DNA from: Ginglymostoma cirratum
Taxonomy: Eukaryota
DNA: 64,000 nt
Direction of reading: 5' to 3'
NCBI GenBank assembly: GCA_024137785.1
Contig: JAHRHZ010000068.1
Location: 1,293,425 to 1,357,424 of the forward strand
The translations under genes and the position numbers were made by a program. This document shows positions 12,680-24,764 of the stretch, piece by piece; position 1 is the stretch's first letter, and every line of letters starts with the position of its first letter. The notes under the pieces are model-generated. The model searched no databases. It was not told the DNA's origin and was given only the letters and a program-made list of their open reading frames with translations.

Positions 12680-15600
12680 TTCATCTTCCTTTCTACATAC
12701 TTCCAGTGATCTAGTCCGGGCTCTTTCTGATTCGCTATCTCATTCCATTTACATTAGCTTGACTCTACTTTCTCAACACGTCTCTCAACTTTGCCTTTGA
12801 TGACCAGCTCCAGTTAATGGTTGAAATTGCCTCAACCAAAGAGTCTAACTTTGCTGTCATGTTGATAATGGCAAGCTTTCAGTTTGTTTGTGACTTTGAC
12901 TTTCACTTGGTGATTTTAGAGTAATTTGGACTTTAGGAAGTTGAACATGTTCTCCTTTTGACAGCTTTTCACTTTCAAGCAAAAAGTCCCCTTGTTTCTG
13001 GTGGTCTATTTCTGATCTTCACTAGTTATGCCAACAGACTTAGTCACTTTACAACAACGTCAAATGCATACTTCTCATTTTCATATTTGTTGTTTTTCAT
13101 TGTGACCTTCTGACCATCACTGAACTCTCTCTACTTTTTGTGTCTTCAGTTTCATGATGAGTCCTTATTTTGTCTGGCTTTTCTTTTACTTTTGTATGCA
13201 CATCAGAATGAATCTTGTTCTAGGATTGCATTTAAACACCAGTTCTTAAGTGGTAGACTATGGGTTTTATCTATAAGAAAACTGTCTATATCTATAAGGA
13301 GATTGTCTAGCCTGTGTCAAAGAGGGACACGGATGTAATTACCTGGTTTATCACCAAGCATTAACTTCTGCAAAGACCTTTTCACAATTTGTATATTTCT
13401 TTCTGCCACATCATTTGATGCTAGGTTATACAGTGGATCTAAATTATATTTGACTCCATTCTCATTCAGAGATATCTCAAGATCTCATGATGCAAACTGT
13501 GAACTAATATCTGACACCAATATAACCCGTGAATTGCAAGCAAACTTCTTAAAAATTAATAGTTTTAGCATTTATGCTACTGTGCAAAGACTAAAGTTTT
13601 CCAATTGCTGTAGCTAGCGACCAAACAAGATGGTGAAAATTTTTTTCCAACCACTTCAAAGAAATCAACATGTGCTTGTGTTTGGATAATTGAATGAAAT
13701 GAACCTTAGGATTATTTATCATTCTGAGTGATAGTTCACAGATTTTCACTAACCATTCAATATCTCTATCTACTTTGGATATCAGAAATAATGTCTTGTT
13801 ACTGCTTTTGCATGGACCAACATGTGTACGCTTGATAGAAGTTTCTCTAACAATCTTCTAAATCTCAATGCTAAACCTTGGCATTTTAAAATTCACTCTT
13901 AATTTATCCCAAAGAGATAGCCTTGATCTGCATTCAGTTCATTTATACATATCAAATAATTTCTCTTGATTGCACTTTGGGCCAAGCATTCATGACATAA
14001 TTGAGCACTTTACCGAGTGTTTCTTCACTAATTTCTCTGACAGATGCTGGTATTTAATTTGTCTATGTAAAGTGATTCCCAGGTAACTCAATGGCACAGG
14101 ATGATTCAATTTAATGTGAAAATATTGGGAAATCGTGAAAGTGGATCTGTATTTGCATGATCTGCTGACTTATGATACTTAATGTTGTACTGCAGTCTGA
14201 TTTTACCATTTGGTCATCCTTGGTTGAAGACCACTTTGTGCTGTTCTAGTGCTTCCTCAGTGTCAGATGTACTCAATGATTCCTATTTGGGCCAGTTTAA
14301 CCTTATTTCATTAAGCCAGACTTTGTCCTCTCCTAATAACATCAATGGCAAATTTTAGGTGGAACATCATAATTAATTACACTAACTTCACAATACACTT
14401 ACTGGAAAACTTGATGGATTCACACCTGTTTTGGGGAGGGGAATGTGACTTAGGGAATTCTTGCACTTCTGAGGTAACAGGGACTGCTGGAGCTATATAA
14501 ATGATGAAAGTAAGTTCTGAGACTTTGATTTTAATTTTCGCAGTGGGAACTGGAAGTATATCTTCAGGTTTACTAGTTTCATCTTCCATATGCTGATTCT
14601 TTTGCTGTCTAAGTACAATTCTTGGTCATCCTGCTTGATCACATTGACTTCTGTTTCTGTATCCATATATGTGCGTTCAAGAATTTCCTAATTGCCGAAC
14701 TAGCTTTCAATTTACCATGACCTCAACCTGGTGCATGGCTGCAGCATGGAGCTTTGCCGTGATCTGAAGAATTACAGAATCCCTACAGTGTGGAAGCAGG
14801 CCATCCAGCTTGTCGAGTCCACTCCAATCCATCAAACAGCATCCCACCTAGACCCACTGCCACTATACTATCACTCTAACCCTGCATTCCCCGTGGCTAG
14901 CGCACCTACCGTATACATCCCTGGACACTATGGGCAATTTAGCATGGCCAAACCACCTTGCCTGTACAGCTTTGGACTGTGGGATGAAACCAGAGCATCT
15001 GGAGAAAACGCACCCAAACACGTGATGAATGTGCAAACCCTGCACAGGCCTGGGGGTGGAATTGAACCTAGGTCCCTGGTGCTGTGAGGCAGCAGTGCTA
15101 GCCACTGTGCTGCCTAATAATGTCTTCTCTACTCTGAAATGTTGACAAGATAAAACCAACCTTCCAAAAGGCATATCACTTTGACTAGAAATGGGAGCAT
15201 TTAAGTGGTTGATGGCTACATGGCAAGGCTAGCATCTAAATTTCTGATTCTTGAGACTGTGAACCTAGCTGTTGTGGACTGGATCTCACTGAAATCTGGT
15301 TCAGCTATTCTGCCCCTTCTTAAAAAGATTATTTTGTAATATGCCCTCTGTGGCCTGATCACAGGCCTTCTTTTAGGCCAGCTTATTGCTTTTTTTGGGT
15401 GCTTGACCTACATTTTATTATTTCAGAATGCAATTTGCATAAGTTTCACCGGACAAATACTTCATTTCCACAGAATGTAACTCTCAGTTCAATCTCATTC
15501 TTAGTCTTGCCATAATATGAGTCCGCAATCTCATTAATATCGGTATAGTCCATTGTATGGAGCTCTATGAGCAACATTAGGCAGACAGTATTCAAATGTA

Positions 15601-15785
15601 CCTAGCTCTATCAGGGTGACGAAAGCATTTACTTTATCCTCATCTTATATTTTACCCTTTTGCATCCAAGTGTGTAACCTTTGTTTATAATTACACCAGT
15701 CTTCTTTGTTAGGGTTGTATCTCCCTTTCGTCCTCGAAGATGACTTTATTTGTTGTCACTTGTGGACTGTGATGATTCGCCATGC
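12680..15785 (-). mobile_element. Decayed Ty3/Gypsy LTR-retrotransposon internal region (gag, protease, RNase H end, integrase; RT missing)
   Basis: gag GRYNPNKEDWCNYKQRL...DEDKVNAFVTLI (from 15725); protease end LPLMLLGEDKVWLNEIRLNWPK (14286-14351); RNase H end YNIKYHKSADHANTDPLSRFP (14127-14189); VREISEETLGKVLNYVMNAWP; integrase HVDFFEVVGKNF (~13640-13673) and LVSDISSQFAS...NENGVKY...YNLASNDVAERNIQIVKR (~13376-13520); purine run AGAAAGGAAGA then TG near 12690. Confidence 0.85.
14768..15114 (-). mobile_element. HE1-type SINE nested in Gypsy gag
   Basis: Full head-to-tail HE1 pattern: AGAATCCCTACAGTGTGGAAGCAGGCC ... GCTGTGAGGCAGCAGTGCTAGCCACTG. Confidence 0.9.
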
Positions 15786-15789
15786 ACCT

Positions 15790-17090
15790 GAATATTTTGT
15801 GTGCACAGACAGTGTTACGTCTTAAATCACTCCAGTCTCCTCAAAATCAATTTTTGAAGTTGGAAGAAAAGTCATAGCATTCTCCAGTCCTTAATCTCTC
15901 AAAAACTGTAAAAGAAGAATTCCATTCTATTCTCTTCGCCAGCTTTCTGTCGTGTATTGCCTGAGTAGGACTAACATGTGCTCGACTGTAGGCACCCATT
16001 GTTGTACAAATCTATATAGGCCTCCTTAAGAGAAGGCAAGGAGGAAAGTATAACAAAATGCTGTTGCAATATACCTTTTGTTTTACTTTTACTATTTCTA
16101 GTATTAAAATTGTGATATGGTGACTCATAAAGCTTTATTATTTCTTGTAACAGGTGTTGTTTGGGACTGCTTATTGCAATCTTCAGATCAAGGTCCATGT
16201 TATGAGTTTAGAAAGTTTTAGCTCCTTACACTTAAGAGAAAATTGAGATTTTGAGAGTGCTTTCGCAATTGACACTTAAAGCAAACTATTTGAGGTCATT
16301 CCAATTTCCTTCAAGTACTCTATGCGTGCACTTTTCAAAGCCCATTTTAAGCTCATTTTAGACTGGCATGTGGCAAACTCTATCAGCCTGAATAGGTGAG
16401 TAAACAATCTGCTCCTTGCTGAGTTCTGATTTCGCTCTTAAGTAAGAGTTGCATCAAATGATTATTACTCTTGACTTTAAGGGGAAACATTTATTTTCTG
16501 ACCTGAAGATAGGACTGAAGTTTACTGTGGGCTTAGACATATATTGTTGAGTAGTTTGTTGCACTACCATTTTGCCTTATACCAAGTTATATTTTGCATA
16601 GAAACAAAACACTGTGAATGCTGGAAATCTGAAATAAAAACAGGAAGTGCTGGAGAAAGTCACCAAATCTGACAGCATCTTGTGGAGAGAGAAACAGTTA
16701 ACGTTTTGAGCCCAGTATGACTCATCTTCAGAAAGCATGTGTTGTAATGATGAAAACAGTGATACTTTCATATAATTCTTTGTAAAATGTTTTGAGAGCA
16801 GACAGTAAATTTTGGACAGGGATTTGCTTGCCACAATGGGACAATTTAGTAATCAACAAAAGGTAAACTTAACAAAAGGCAGCAGTCAATATTCTAGAGT
16901 ATAAATAGCTGTTGTTTTCCATCAACTTTAGCAGCTACAGAAGGCTTGGAGTCACGATGTCTGTTCTTCTTTCTTTCCGTATGTCTTTTTCATGTATCCA
17001 AAACAAATCTCTTGTCTCTTTATTCTCTGTAGCCACAATTCTTTTCCATTGTTTGTATTTCTTTTTATTGTGCTTCAGTGTTTAAATCAC
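15790..17090 (-). pseudogene. Candidate endogenous bunyavirus-like L (RdRp) gene fragment, frameshifted, interrupted by a PLE at 16603-16736
   Basis: Colinear peptides LWQA..VQNLLSA / GIRQNGSATNYSTIYV / FDATLT*ERNQNSARSRLF / VSIAKALSKSQFSL / IAISSPKQ..ESPY..TKGI..SLKEAYIDLY / KRIEWNSSF resemble, in order, the pre-polymerase (PA-C-like) region of orthobunyavirus/tospovirus L as recalled (FWQ..KNILS, DIKTKKATVVYSII, LDKERCQ, SIYTSLS, LAISS..SPY, TQKGI, TLKEYLTQIY). Not database-verified. Confidence 0.5.
16603..16736 (-). mobile_element. PLE pseudo-LTR remnant (family B) with hammerhead motif
   Basis: Reverse strand 16696-16734: CTGAAGA-T-GAGTC-ATACTG-GGCTC-AAAAC-GTT-AACT (G12 mutated to A), followed by family-B arm CTCTCCACAAGATGCTGTCAGA...CTCCAGCAC. 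Confidence 0.75.
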
Positions 17091-17134
17091 CAAGATGTAG
17101 CAATGACTAACTGTTGTAAATTGCTACAGCGTAG

Positions 17135-17422
17135 CAATAGGGGCCACAACTTCAAAATTGTCAGCAAGAGAGCTAGGAGTGAGAAGCTAGGAGGACAAAC
17201 TTCTTTACACAGACAGCTGTTAGGATTTGGAATGTGCTGCCTGGGAGAATGGTGGAGGCATATTCCATGTGAGGTTTCAAAAGAGAGTTAGTTTTTTAAT
17301 AAATATATTTGTAACTGGTGAATTTAGAGGGCTGTAGTGATAGGGCTGCAGAGTGGAACCATCTGGGAAGCTTTTTCAGGAACTGGTACAGACACAGTGG
17401 GTGAATGGCCTCCTTCTTTACT
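17135..17422 (+). mobile_element. CR1-clade LINE 3' end
   Basis: AGGGGCCACAACTTCAAAATT (RGHNFK), TTCTTTACACAGA, TGGAATGTGCTGCCTG, ending GGGTGAATGGCCTCCTTCT...ATTCTGTGATTCTA. Confidence 0.75.
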
Positions 17423-17889
17423 ATAAAATTCTGTGATTCTATAAGCATCTAAATCTCAGAATTAAAATTGGAAAATTTAAGTTCCTGGCCTGTCAGGAAC
17501 TTTTCAATGGTGCCAGCAGAAGAACTTGAATATTTACAGTGTGGCAACAAGGTTGTAAGAGTTCATTACATAGCTGCTCAAGGGGAGAATGTATGTTTGG
17601 GAAATTATAGAATCAGGTACTCATTAGCATGTAGATAAGACAATTTTGATATATTTGGTAGATATACAACTGCTGATTTGACTTGTGTGGTTTTGTAGGA
17701 AATGAGAGTAATGACTCAAAATTCATTCCAGTGGAAATTAAATTTTGAACAAGAGTACTACCGAAGGTTTCCACTTCCACAGAAGTTTAAATAGCTCAGC
17801 GCAACAAACAAGACAAACTTAATATTATCTGTTTGCCATCTTACTTTGATAAGGGTACGACTTTGCATTCTGATTGAGGTAAAAATGTT

Positions 17890-18350
17890 GTTGTCAAAAG
17901 CATCCTCAACACATCTGTTACGCTGCTGTTTCACAAACCTCCGACTGATTTGGAACTCTTCTGACCCGTGTCTAGTACAATGTCCTTGACACCCATCACT
18001 TCTTCCACCACAAACTCCAGTGGCTTCCTATTCCCAGAAGATTAATTTGAAGATCCTTGTCATGATCTTCAAATCTCATTATCCTTCTCACTTCACGCAA
18101 TGGAAATCTTCTTGAGTCCTGAGCTTTAATTGAATACTCCATTCAATTGCTCTGAATTCTACTTATTAATAGTTGCGCCAATAGCATCACTTTGCTCTTG
18201 TGCCCATAATCCTGTTTCAAAACAAATTGCTTTGTTGCCTTTCTTCTTGCCTTCCAGATCTTTTCAAAGCCTATTACTTCATACTGTTAATGTCACCTTT
18301 CAGAATTTGTCACTACCTGCTTGTTTCCCCTTCCATTTGTAAAGTGCCCT
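17890..18350 (+). mobile_element. L2-clade LINE 3' fragment
   Basis: CCCATCAC...CTCCAGTGGCTTCCT...AGATTAATTTGAAGATCCTTGTCATGATCTTCAAATC (PIT..LQWLP..KILVMIFK) and end TGTAAAGTGCCCTGA. Confidence 0.6.
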
Positions 18351-21300
18351 GAATATTTTCTATATGATGTGTAATTGCAAATGCCCATTGCAGAGGCTGG
18401 TGGTCTTGCTGCCTTGTTCTTGCATGTTTACAAAGCACGTATAGCATGTTATCACTAAATCATGAAACCTGTTATTCTTGCAAAATATCAAAAGTAAGTT
18501 TTACAAAATTCTTCTGAATGCATAATTGACAAAGTTAAATATGAGAAGTAGCAGTTGATTTAATATAGACTTCAGACTACTGAAGTGTTGGGACTTGCAA
18601 GCACACATTCTGAATACTTCAAAATCCATCAGCATCTTAAAATTGGACCAGCAAAAATATACACCTGAGGTGTTTCATGTGTCCCTCTTGTATTTCTTGT
18701 GCTTATTGTGTGGCTTTTCCCTGTCCACTGGTTTAGGATTTCAAATAACTTACAAAGTTGCTTAAATCAGCAGGTATGATTTGTAATAGTAGCGGGTGCA
18801 GGGAAAAGTTTATTTCACTGAACAGCCATATTTTATCGACTTCAAAGTGATGTTAGGCTAAGTCTAGCAAAAGCTAATAGTAGCATGTCAGGCAGTACAA
18901 GTTCAAAGATTGGTTAGTTCAAGTATCATGTCCCAGACATATCCTAAAAAATGACTTAAATTATATAAATAATTTTGGGCTTCAAATATGCACTCTTTAC
19001 CCCTTTTCCCCCTGGAATCTCTTGTCATTTTTGGTCCATTTCTGGTAAACATTTGCACTTTTTGTTGCATGTGCCAATGACTTTAGATTGCTGTGAGTTG
19101 CACAGGATGAAAAATGATCCCATAGCTGGGTAAAATCCATCCTTAAAAATCTATTAAAGTGTAATGTTATTGTGTTATTTGAAGTCTTTTCATAATTTGT
19201 AAATTTATTTCCTACCAGTGATAAAATATTGGCTATTTGAGAAAGCAAGGCAAGTGTTTTCAGCTGTTCAAAATCTATATGTCAGAAGATGATTTTTGTT
19301 ACAGAATCCTTTGAATTCTTTTGCATTGAATCTTTTTCAGACTTTCATCTTAAAGACTAGATCTCACTAACAGGAAGACTGACCAAATGTTTCCAATTGG
19401 GTATAAATTCCAGTAAAGCCTGAAATGCATTATATAGTAAGTGCCAAGAAATGTGCTGGTACAGTAGTTGCACAAGTTTAGTGCAGTAAAACGGCTTAGC
19501 TACCTATGGCAATGAAATAAAGCAAAGCTTTTTTATTGGCAAGTAGTTAATATACACCAGATGATTCTGCACCACAGACAAATAAAAAACATGTTTGTTT
19601 GGTTGAATTTTTTAAAAACCATATGGTTAGATGTGGGGAGACAAACTTGGTAATGAATTTTAGAGTAGTTCTGTTTGGTTTGTTAGCAGGCAGAGCAGAA
19701 CATTATGTTTGATTTGCTCACATCATACCAGAATGACCGATGACAATAGAGTATCTAAACATACAGAATTAATTTTATATCTCATCTAATTTTTTTTGCT
19801 CAGTTAGTCTGTCTTAAATAATGATTCTAAATACTTCCCTTCCCTGTTCTAGTTTCAGATCTATATGGGTAGACAAGGAGAGAAAAAAATTCACCCACAA
19901 CACCTGGTTTCTGAGCAATTTAAAAAAAATTGGAGGAGGGAAAGGAAATTATTCAAGTGTCAGTAAAATCTCTGCCAAGTGGATTTTTTTTTGTCAGTAT
20001 GAATTAATTATCTCCATATTAAATGGAGAGAAGAATATTTTCATCAAGTGTTAAATCTGCTAAATTGGCAGCTTAGTTTGAGGGGCTCCATTCTATGTGG
20101 AATTGGCATAGTGATACATGATTAAACCCATATATTTTGAACAGAATTTATTTTGCTCACAGCAAATTTCGAACAACTTAGTTTTTTTTATCATTATGCT
20201 TTCTCGGTTTGTTTTGATATTTTTAATAATTGGAGACTGTACATAAGCTTCAACTCAGAAAGTAGTGAAAGACCATTGTTAGACGCAATATATTAGAGAA
20301 AAATAATTGACTCAAAAAAAATTAGACAGGGACCAACTTATAACATGGCTCAATTTTTATCTTGCCACCACTGCTTTGGTGAGTGAAGTATAGTAGGTGG
20401 GTACCTCATGGACAATCCCAAGTCATTTAATCCAGGCTGGAACTACCTAAAGAAAGCTTGACAGCTGTCCTACTCCTTTTGGTCACATCATTTCTTGACT
20501 TGACATGGATTTCCTCTTCTTTTTAACAGTTGCAGCCTTGCCTTCATCTGACAGACAACCTTGACAGCTTCATTAATTTGGATAATCTTTAGAGGCTCCC
20601 GTTTGCTCCATGCTGGTGCCTTAGCCAATAAAGTACAGTGAGTATAATTAAAGTGGCAAGTGGTGGGAACGGAGCAGCAAGCCTGAATAACCCATTTTAA
20701 AGTTTGTCCAGTCACTTCCTGCCTAGCCATGGTTCATCATCTGGACAATACATATTGCTTTCCTTTGAGTAAATATTTCTGCCAAACCATTCAATTGTCT
20801 ATTCAAATCCTCTGACACCACTGTCCAGAGTCGCAAGTCCTCCTTCTGTGAGAACAGTCAAGTTGCATGTGCAACCTCCAGTCTAGTATTCTGCACTTGC
20901 TGCTTACAGTGCAGCCTACGTTTTGAAAAATTAAACACAAATGTTGCAGTTCCTTTGCTGAACTCTGCTGTTCTGTGTGTGACTGCTATTTCCTTCTGCT
21001 AGCTGTTTCAGTTTTTAATCTGATTTACACTCAGGACTGTATAATTTGTCTTCTCCATTGTTCAGATGAACTCTCTTGGATTAAGTGCTGGAAATGTGGA
21101 TTAAACAAACTTGCTTTTCTGGGATGGGGTACATGGTGTGGACTGGTACTTGGGATGGAGACTTGCTTCAGAATGTTATAGGCAGTGTGATCATCATTCA
21201 CCATATTCCTGGGTTACTGGATCCTGTTTTGCTAAAATCAAAAGTTCTTTGGCTTTTCACTCTGTGTGACAGTATGTGTATGTTTACTATTTTTTAAATT

Positions 21301-22799
21301 TCTGTCATGGTTCTTTCTTTTTCCGCTTGCTTACATCAGCTCTGCTGTTTAATCATCCTGTGTTTTTTTTTTTCACAAGCACTTCAGAGGTTCTGTTCAT
21401 TTCCATGCATGTGTGGGTTCACCCATTCCATTCCATTTCTGTTGATCCGTTCCCTTTATAGTGTTGATTTAAATATCTTCAATTGCTGAGAAGGAGACTT
21501 AGAATTTGTATGCAGATGTTGTCTGACTTTTGAGAATTTTCGTTGGTTTCTTCTTTTGTTTGCCATAGCAAATCTTTTGGCTTCTACACTGATTATTCTG
21601 TGCCTAATTCTCCAAACAGGTTGTTAGCTTTGAGTCTCAAAAACTTTCTAGTTTTGTCTTTTTCATCCTTTTCTATTTCCTCTTCAAGTTTGTGAATTAA
21701 CCAGCAGGTGTGTTTGACTGCAAAGATCAGAAAAATAACCTCTGCCTTATTGTTCTGTATGGTTGCATGTCACATCATGCCATGTACTTGTACATTGGCT
21801 GTATGAGGAAAGACTCACATCTCCAAACATGCCTTGGTAGAGGGTTAGTTGTTTGACTTCCAGTTGATTTTTTTAGTTGCATGTGGTTATGTGCGTTATC
21901 ATAAAATTACATGTTAGTATGCTTTACTAGTAGAAGTTTGTGCGTGACTAATTGAGCAGAGAATGGATGAAAGGACGTTTCCTGAACTCTAGTGTAACTA
22001 GTGCCAAATGTGTCTTTTGTCTACAACTGGAAGGGTAATCTCTATGCTGTTCAGAGCCACTAATGGTATGTGGCCCATAGCCCCAAACCTTTATAACAAT
22101 AAATAATAGTCCGTTGGAGTCAGAAGAGGGAACAATGTCTCAACTTGTGCATGACATTTAAAATCCTATTATACTTGCAGAGATGATGATCTGAATCAAA
22201 CTCTATCATGGCTCACCCAACTGCTGTATCAGTTTTTAGCATAAAGCAGATGGATCATTACAGCAAAAATGTATTTCAAGGAAAACTTGAAAAAACCTGG
22301 CCACTACTCATAAATCCTTATCTCAAACCTATGATTCCACCATAGCATTGCAAAAGCAAATTAAACCTCTGTTTGACCTTGATGCTCTGTCATGGAAAAC
22401 TGTATCACTGATCACGTCACTGAGAGCCTGAAGAATACGTGAATTGTATTTAGCCACTGACGTACCTGATCTAACATAAGTGTGGAGGAAGACTCTGATC
22501 GCATTCAATATCCCTGTCTCACACTGTAAGTGAATTCCATCCAGTTTAACAAATTATTTCATCAATCTTTGTATAACAAAATTGAACTAGAACATAAATC
22601 TGAAGCGATATCTATTACAGTATACACAGAGTAAAGATGTCGCTATCAATTCAACAATTTCTGTGTTGTTTGAAGTGAAAAATTAAAAAAAAACATATTG
22701 CTTACAATATAAGTAATTATCCATTCTACAGGAGTAGCACTGACCACATGGAATAATCTTCTCACTGTCAACAAACACTAAGTAAGTTTTTTAAAAAAG

Positions 22800-22905
22800 T
22801 ATTCAAGTGATGTGAGCATCATTGGCTAGGCCAGTATTTCTTGTCCATCCTTTGTTATCCTTGAGAAGATGGTGGTGAGCTGCCTCCTTGAAGTGCTGCA
22901 GTCCA
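22800..22905 (-). mobile_element. LINE 3' end (same family as 36735-37985, 49415-49580, 57670-57790)
   Basis: GGCCAGTATTT..GTCCATCC..CCTTGAGAAGATGGTGGTGAGCTGCCTCCTTGAA..GCTGCAGTCC shared among the four copies. Confidence 0.7.
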
Positions 22906-23992
22906 TTGGATCTATTCCGTTTGGTTTCTTGGTTGACTCAGTAAATTTAGAGCTAAATGTTTTGACATTGGTTTTTCCTTCTCTTTCAGCTATAGGTTTA
23001 GGAAAACTGAGAGATTTTTTGATAAAAGTTATTATATTACCTTTGATTATGTCCTTTACAGTGAGCAAATAAATGGCTACATTTGAACTCCACTTTACTG
23101 TTTTGTCTATGTTTTTCAGGATCAGTTAATTGTTGACAATGGCAGTTGTGTTGCAATTAATGCAAGTGCATCAAAGCTTCATGAAATGTTACTCAATAAT
23201 CATCTTCACGTGTACTTGTAAATTGTGATTGGTGATGCTGAATACATGTAGTATAGCAGTCATTTCATAATTCTAGAGTAACACATTTAACCCATTAGTG
23301 TTGCACACAGCAAAGCAACTGATAGGACAGATTTTATGAGTCAGAATGGAGAAGGAGAGCATGAGGTCAGTTATTCAAGCTGCCACGTCAGCTTTTCATC
23401 TGAACTAACCAGTATCATCTCATTTTCTTTCTCCTCCAGTATTTCTCAATCCCTGACACAATATCAATAATCCATGGTCTAAAAACTTTGTATGTCTGTA
23501 AAGCACACTTTTCTCACGATAATATCAGCCTAAAACTCCTGTTACTGATTCAGTGGTTTGCCAAGTCAAAATTTCTCACGATTTTGATCTCTGTTACATC
23601 CTTTAACCTTTTCTGCTTCAGTGAAAAAGCCACATTTGATTTTTTTTTTCAAAATTATAACCTCACATTTATGGTATTATTCTAATGAAACTTCTGTCTA
23701 AGTTTCTGACCTTTTGTTTGGCAATGATTCTTCCAGAATCTCTTAAAGGCTTCATTTTCAATTGTAGTGCTAGGCATATTGAGAAGATTAGAGGTTCTTT
23801 GGAAAAAGTACAGAAACTTAACCATTACCCCAGCTGACCAACAACCTTAGTATAATAGGGAGCACATTTCTGCAGGAGAGAGATAAAAGGTACTGCAGAT
23901 GCTGGAGAATCCGAGATAACAAGCATGGGGCTGGATGAACACAGCAGGTCAAGCAGCATCATAGGAGCAGGAAAACTTGACGTTTCGGGCCT

Positions 23993-24028
23993 AAACTTCT
24001 GATGAAGGGTTTAGGCCCGAAACGTCAA
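23993..24028 (+). ncRNA. Minimal type I hammerhead ribozyme motif
   Basis: AAACTT-CTGATGA(23999-24005)-A-GGG-TTTAGG-CCC-GAAAC-GTC(24024-24026)-AA[GTTT]; stem I AAACTT/AAGTTT if the sequence continues as at 24447-24452. Confidence 0.75.
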
Positions 24029-24428
24029 NNNNNNNNNNNNNNNNNNNNNNNNNNNNNNNNNNNNNNNNNNNNNNNNNNNNNNNNNNNNNNNNNNNNNNNN
24101 NNNNNNNNNNNNNNNNNNNNNNNNNNNNNNNNNNNNNNNNNNNNNNNNNNNNNNNNNNNNNNNNNNNNNNNNNNNNNNNNNNNNNNNNNNNNNNNNNNNN
24201 NNNNNNNNNNNNNNNNNNNNNNNNNNNNNNNNNNNNNNNNNNNNNNNNNNNNNNNNNNNNNNNNNNNNNNNNNNNNNNNNNNNNNNNNNNNNNNNNNNNN
24301 NNNNNNNNNNNNNNNNNNNNNNNNNNNNNNNNNNNNNNNNNNNNNNNNNNNNNNNNNNNNNNNNNNNNNNNNNNNNNNNNNNNNNNNNNNNNNNNNNNNN
24401 NNNNNNNNNNNNNNNNNNNNNNNNNNNN
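24029..24428. other. Assembly gap (400 N)
   Basis: Run of N; both flanks carry GTTTAGGCCCGAAACGTCAA. Confidence 1.
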
Positions 24429-24764
24429 GTTTAGGCCCGAAACGTCAAGTTTTCCTGCTCCTATGATGCTGCTTGACCTGCTGTGTTCATCCAGCCCCAT
24501 GCTTGTAATCTCACATTTCTGCAGGACCTCTGTTTTTCCAAGAGACCAGAATGTCGTTAATTTTATGTGTGTTGCTGGTCAAGCCTACATACCTATTGTA
24601 TCCTTTATGAACCACTTATTCCATCAGTGAATGGTTGGTATGGAACCACAGCACAGACAGTTGCAGGGACAGGTTAGTTTTCTTGGAAATTTTTGGATCA
24701 GATAATAAAGTATTGTGTCTTAAGCAAGCTGGTAGCCAACTAAATCTTAAATCTGTCAAAAAAA

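Larger units (their letters stand above)
23878..24511. mobile_element. Young fold-back PLE pseudo-LTR insertion (subfamily A) with 15-bp TSD, spanning the assembly gap
   Basis: Left arm 23882-23996 is the reverse complement of right arm 24429-24511 plus a ~30-nt tail; exact flanking duplication CACATTTCTGCAGGA at 23863-23877 and 24512-24526. Confidence 0.9.

Noticed and set aside
15120-15730. Initially read as continuation of viral L protein
   Set aside because: Better explained as Gypsy gag (EDW..Y..RL, GETY, KKA.DQA motifs)
23991-24500. 169-aa and 154-aa ORFs
   Set aside because: Artefacts of translating through the N gap
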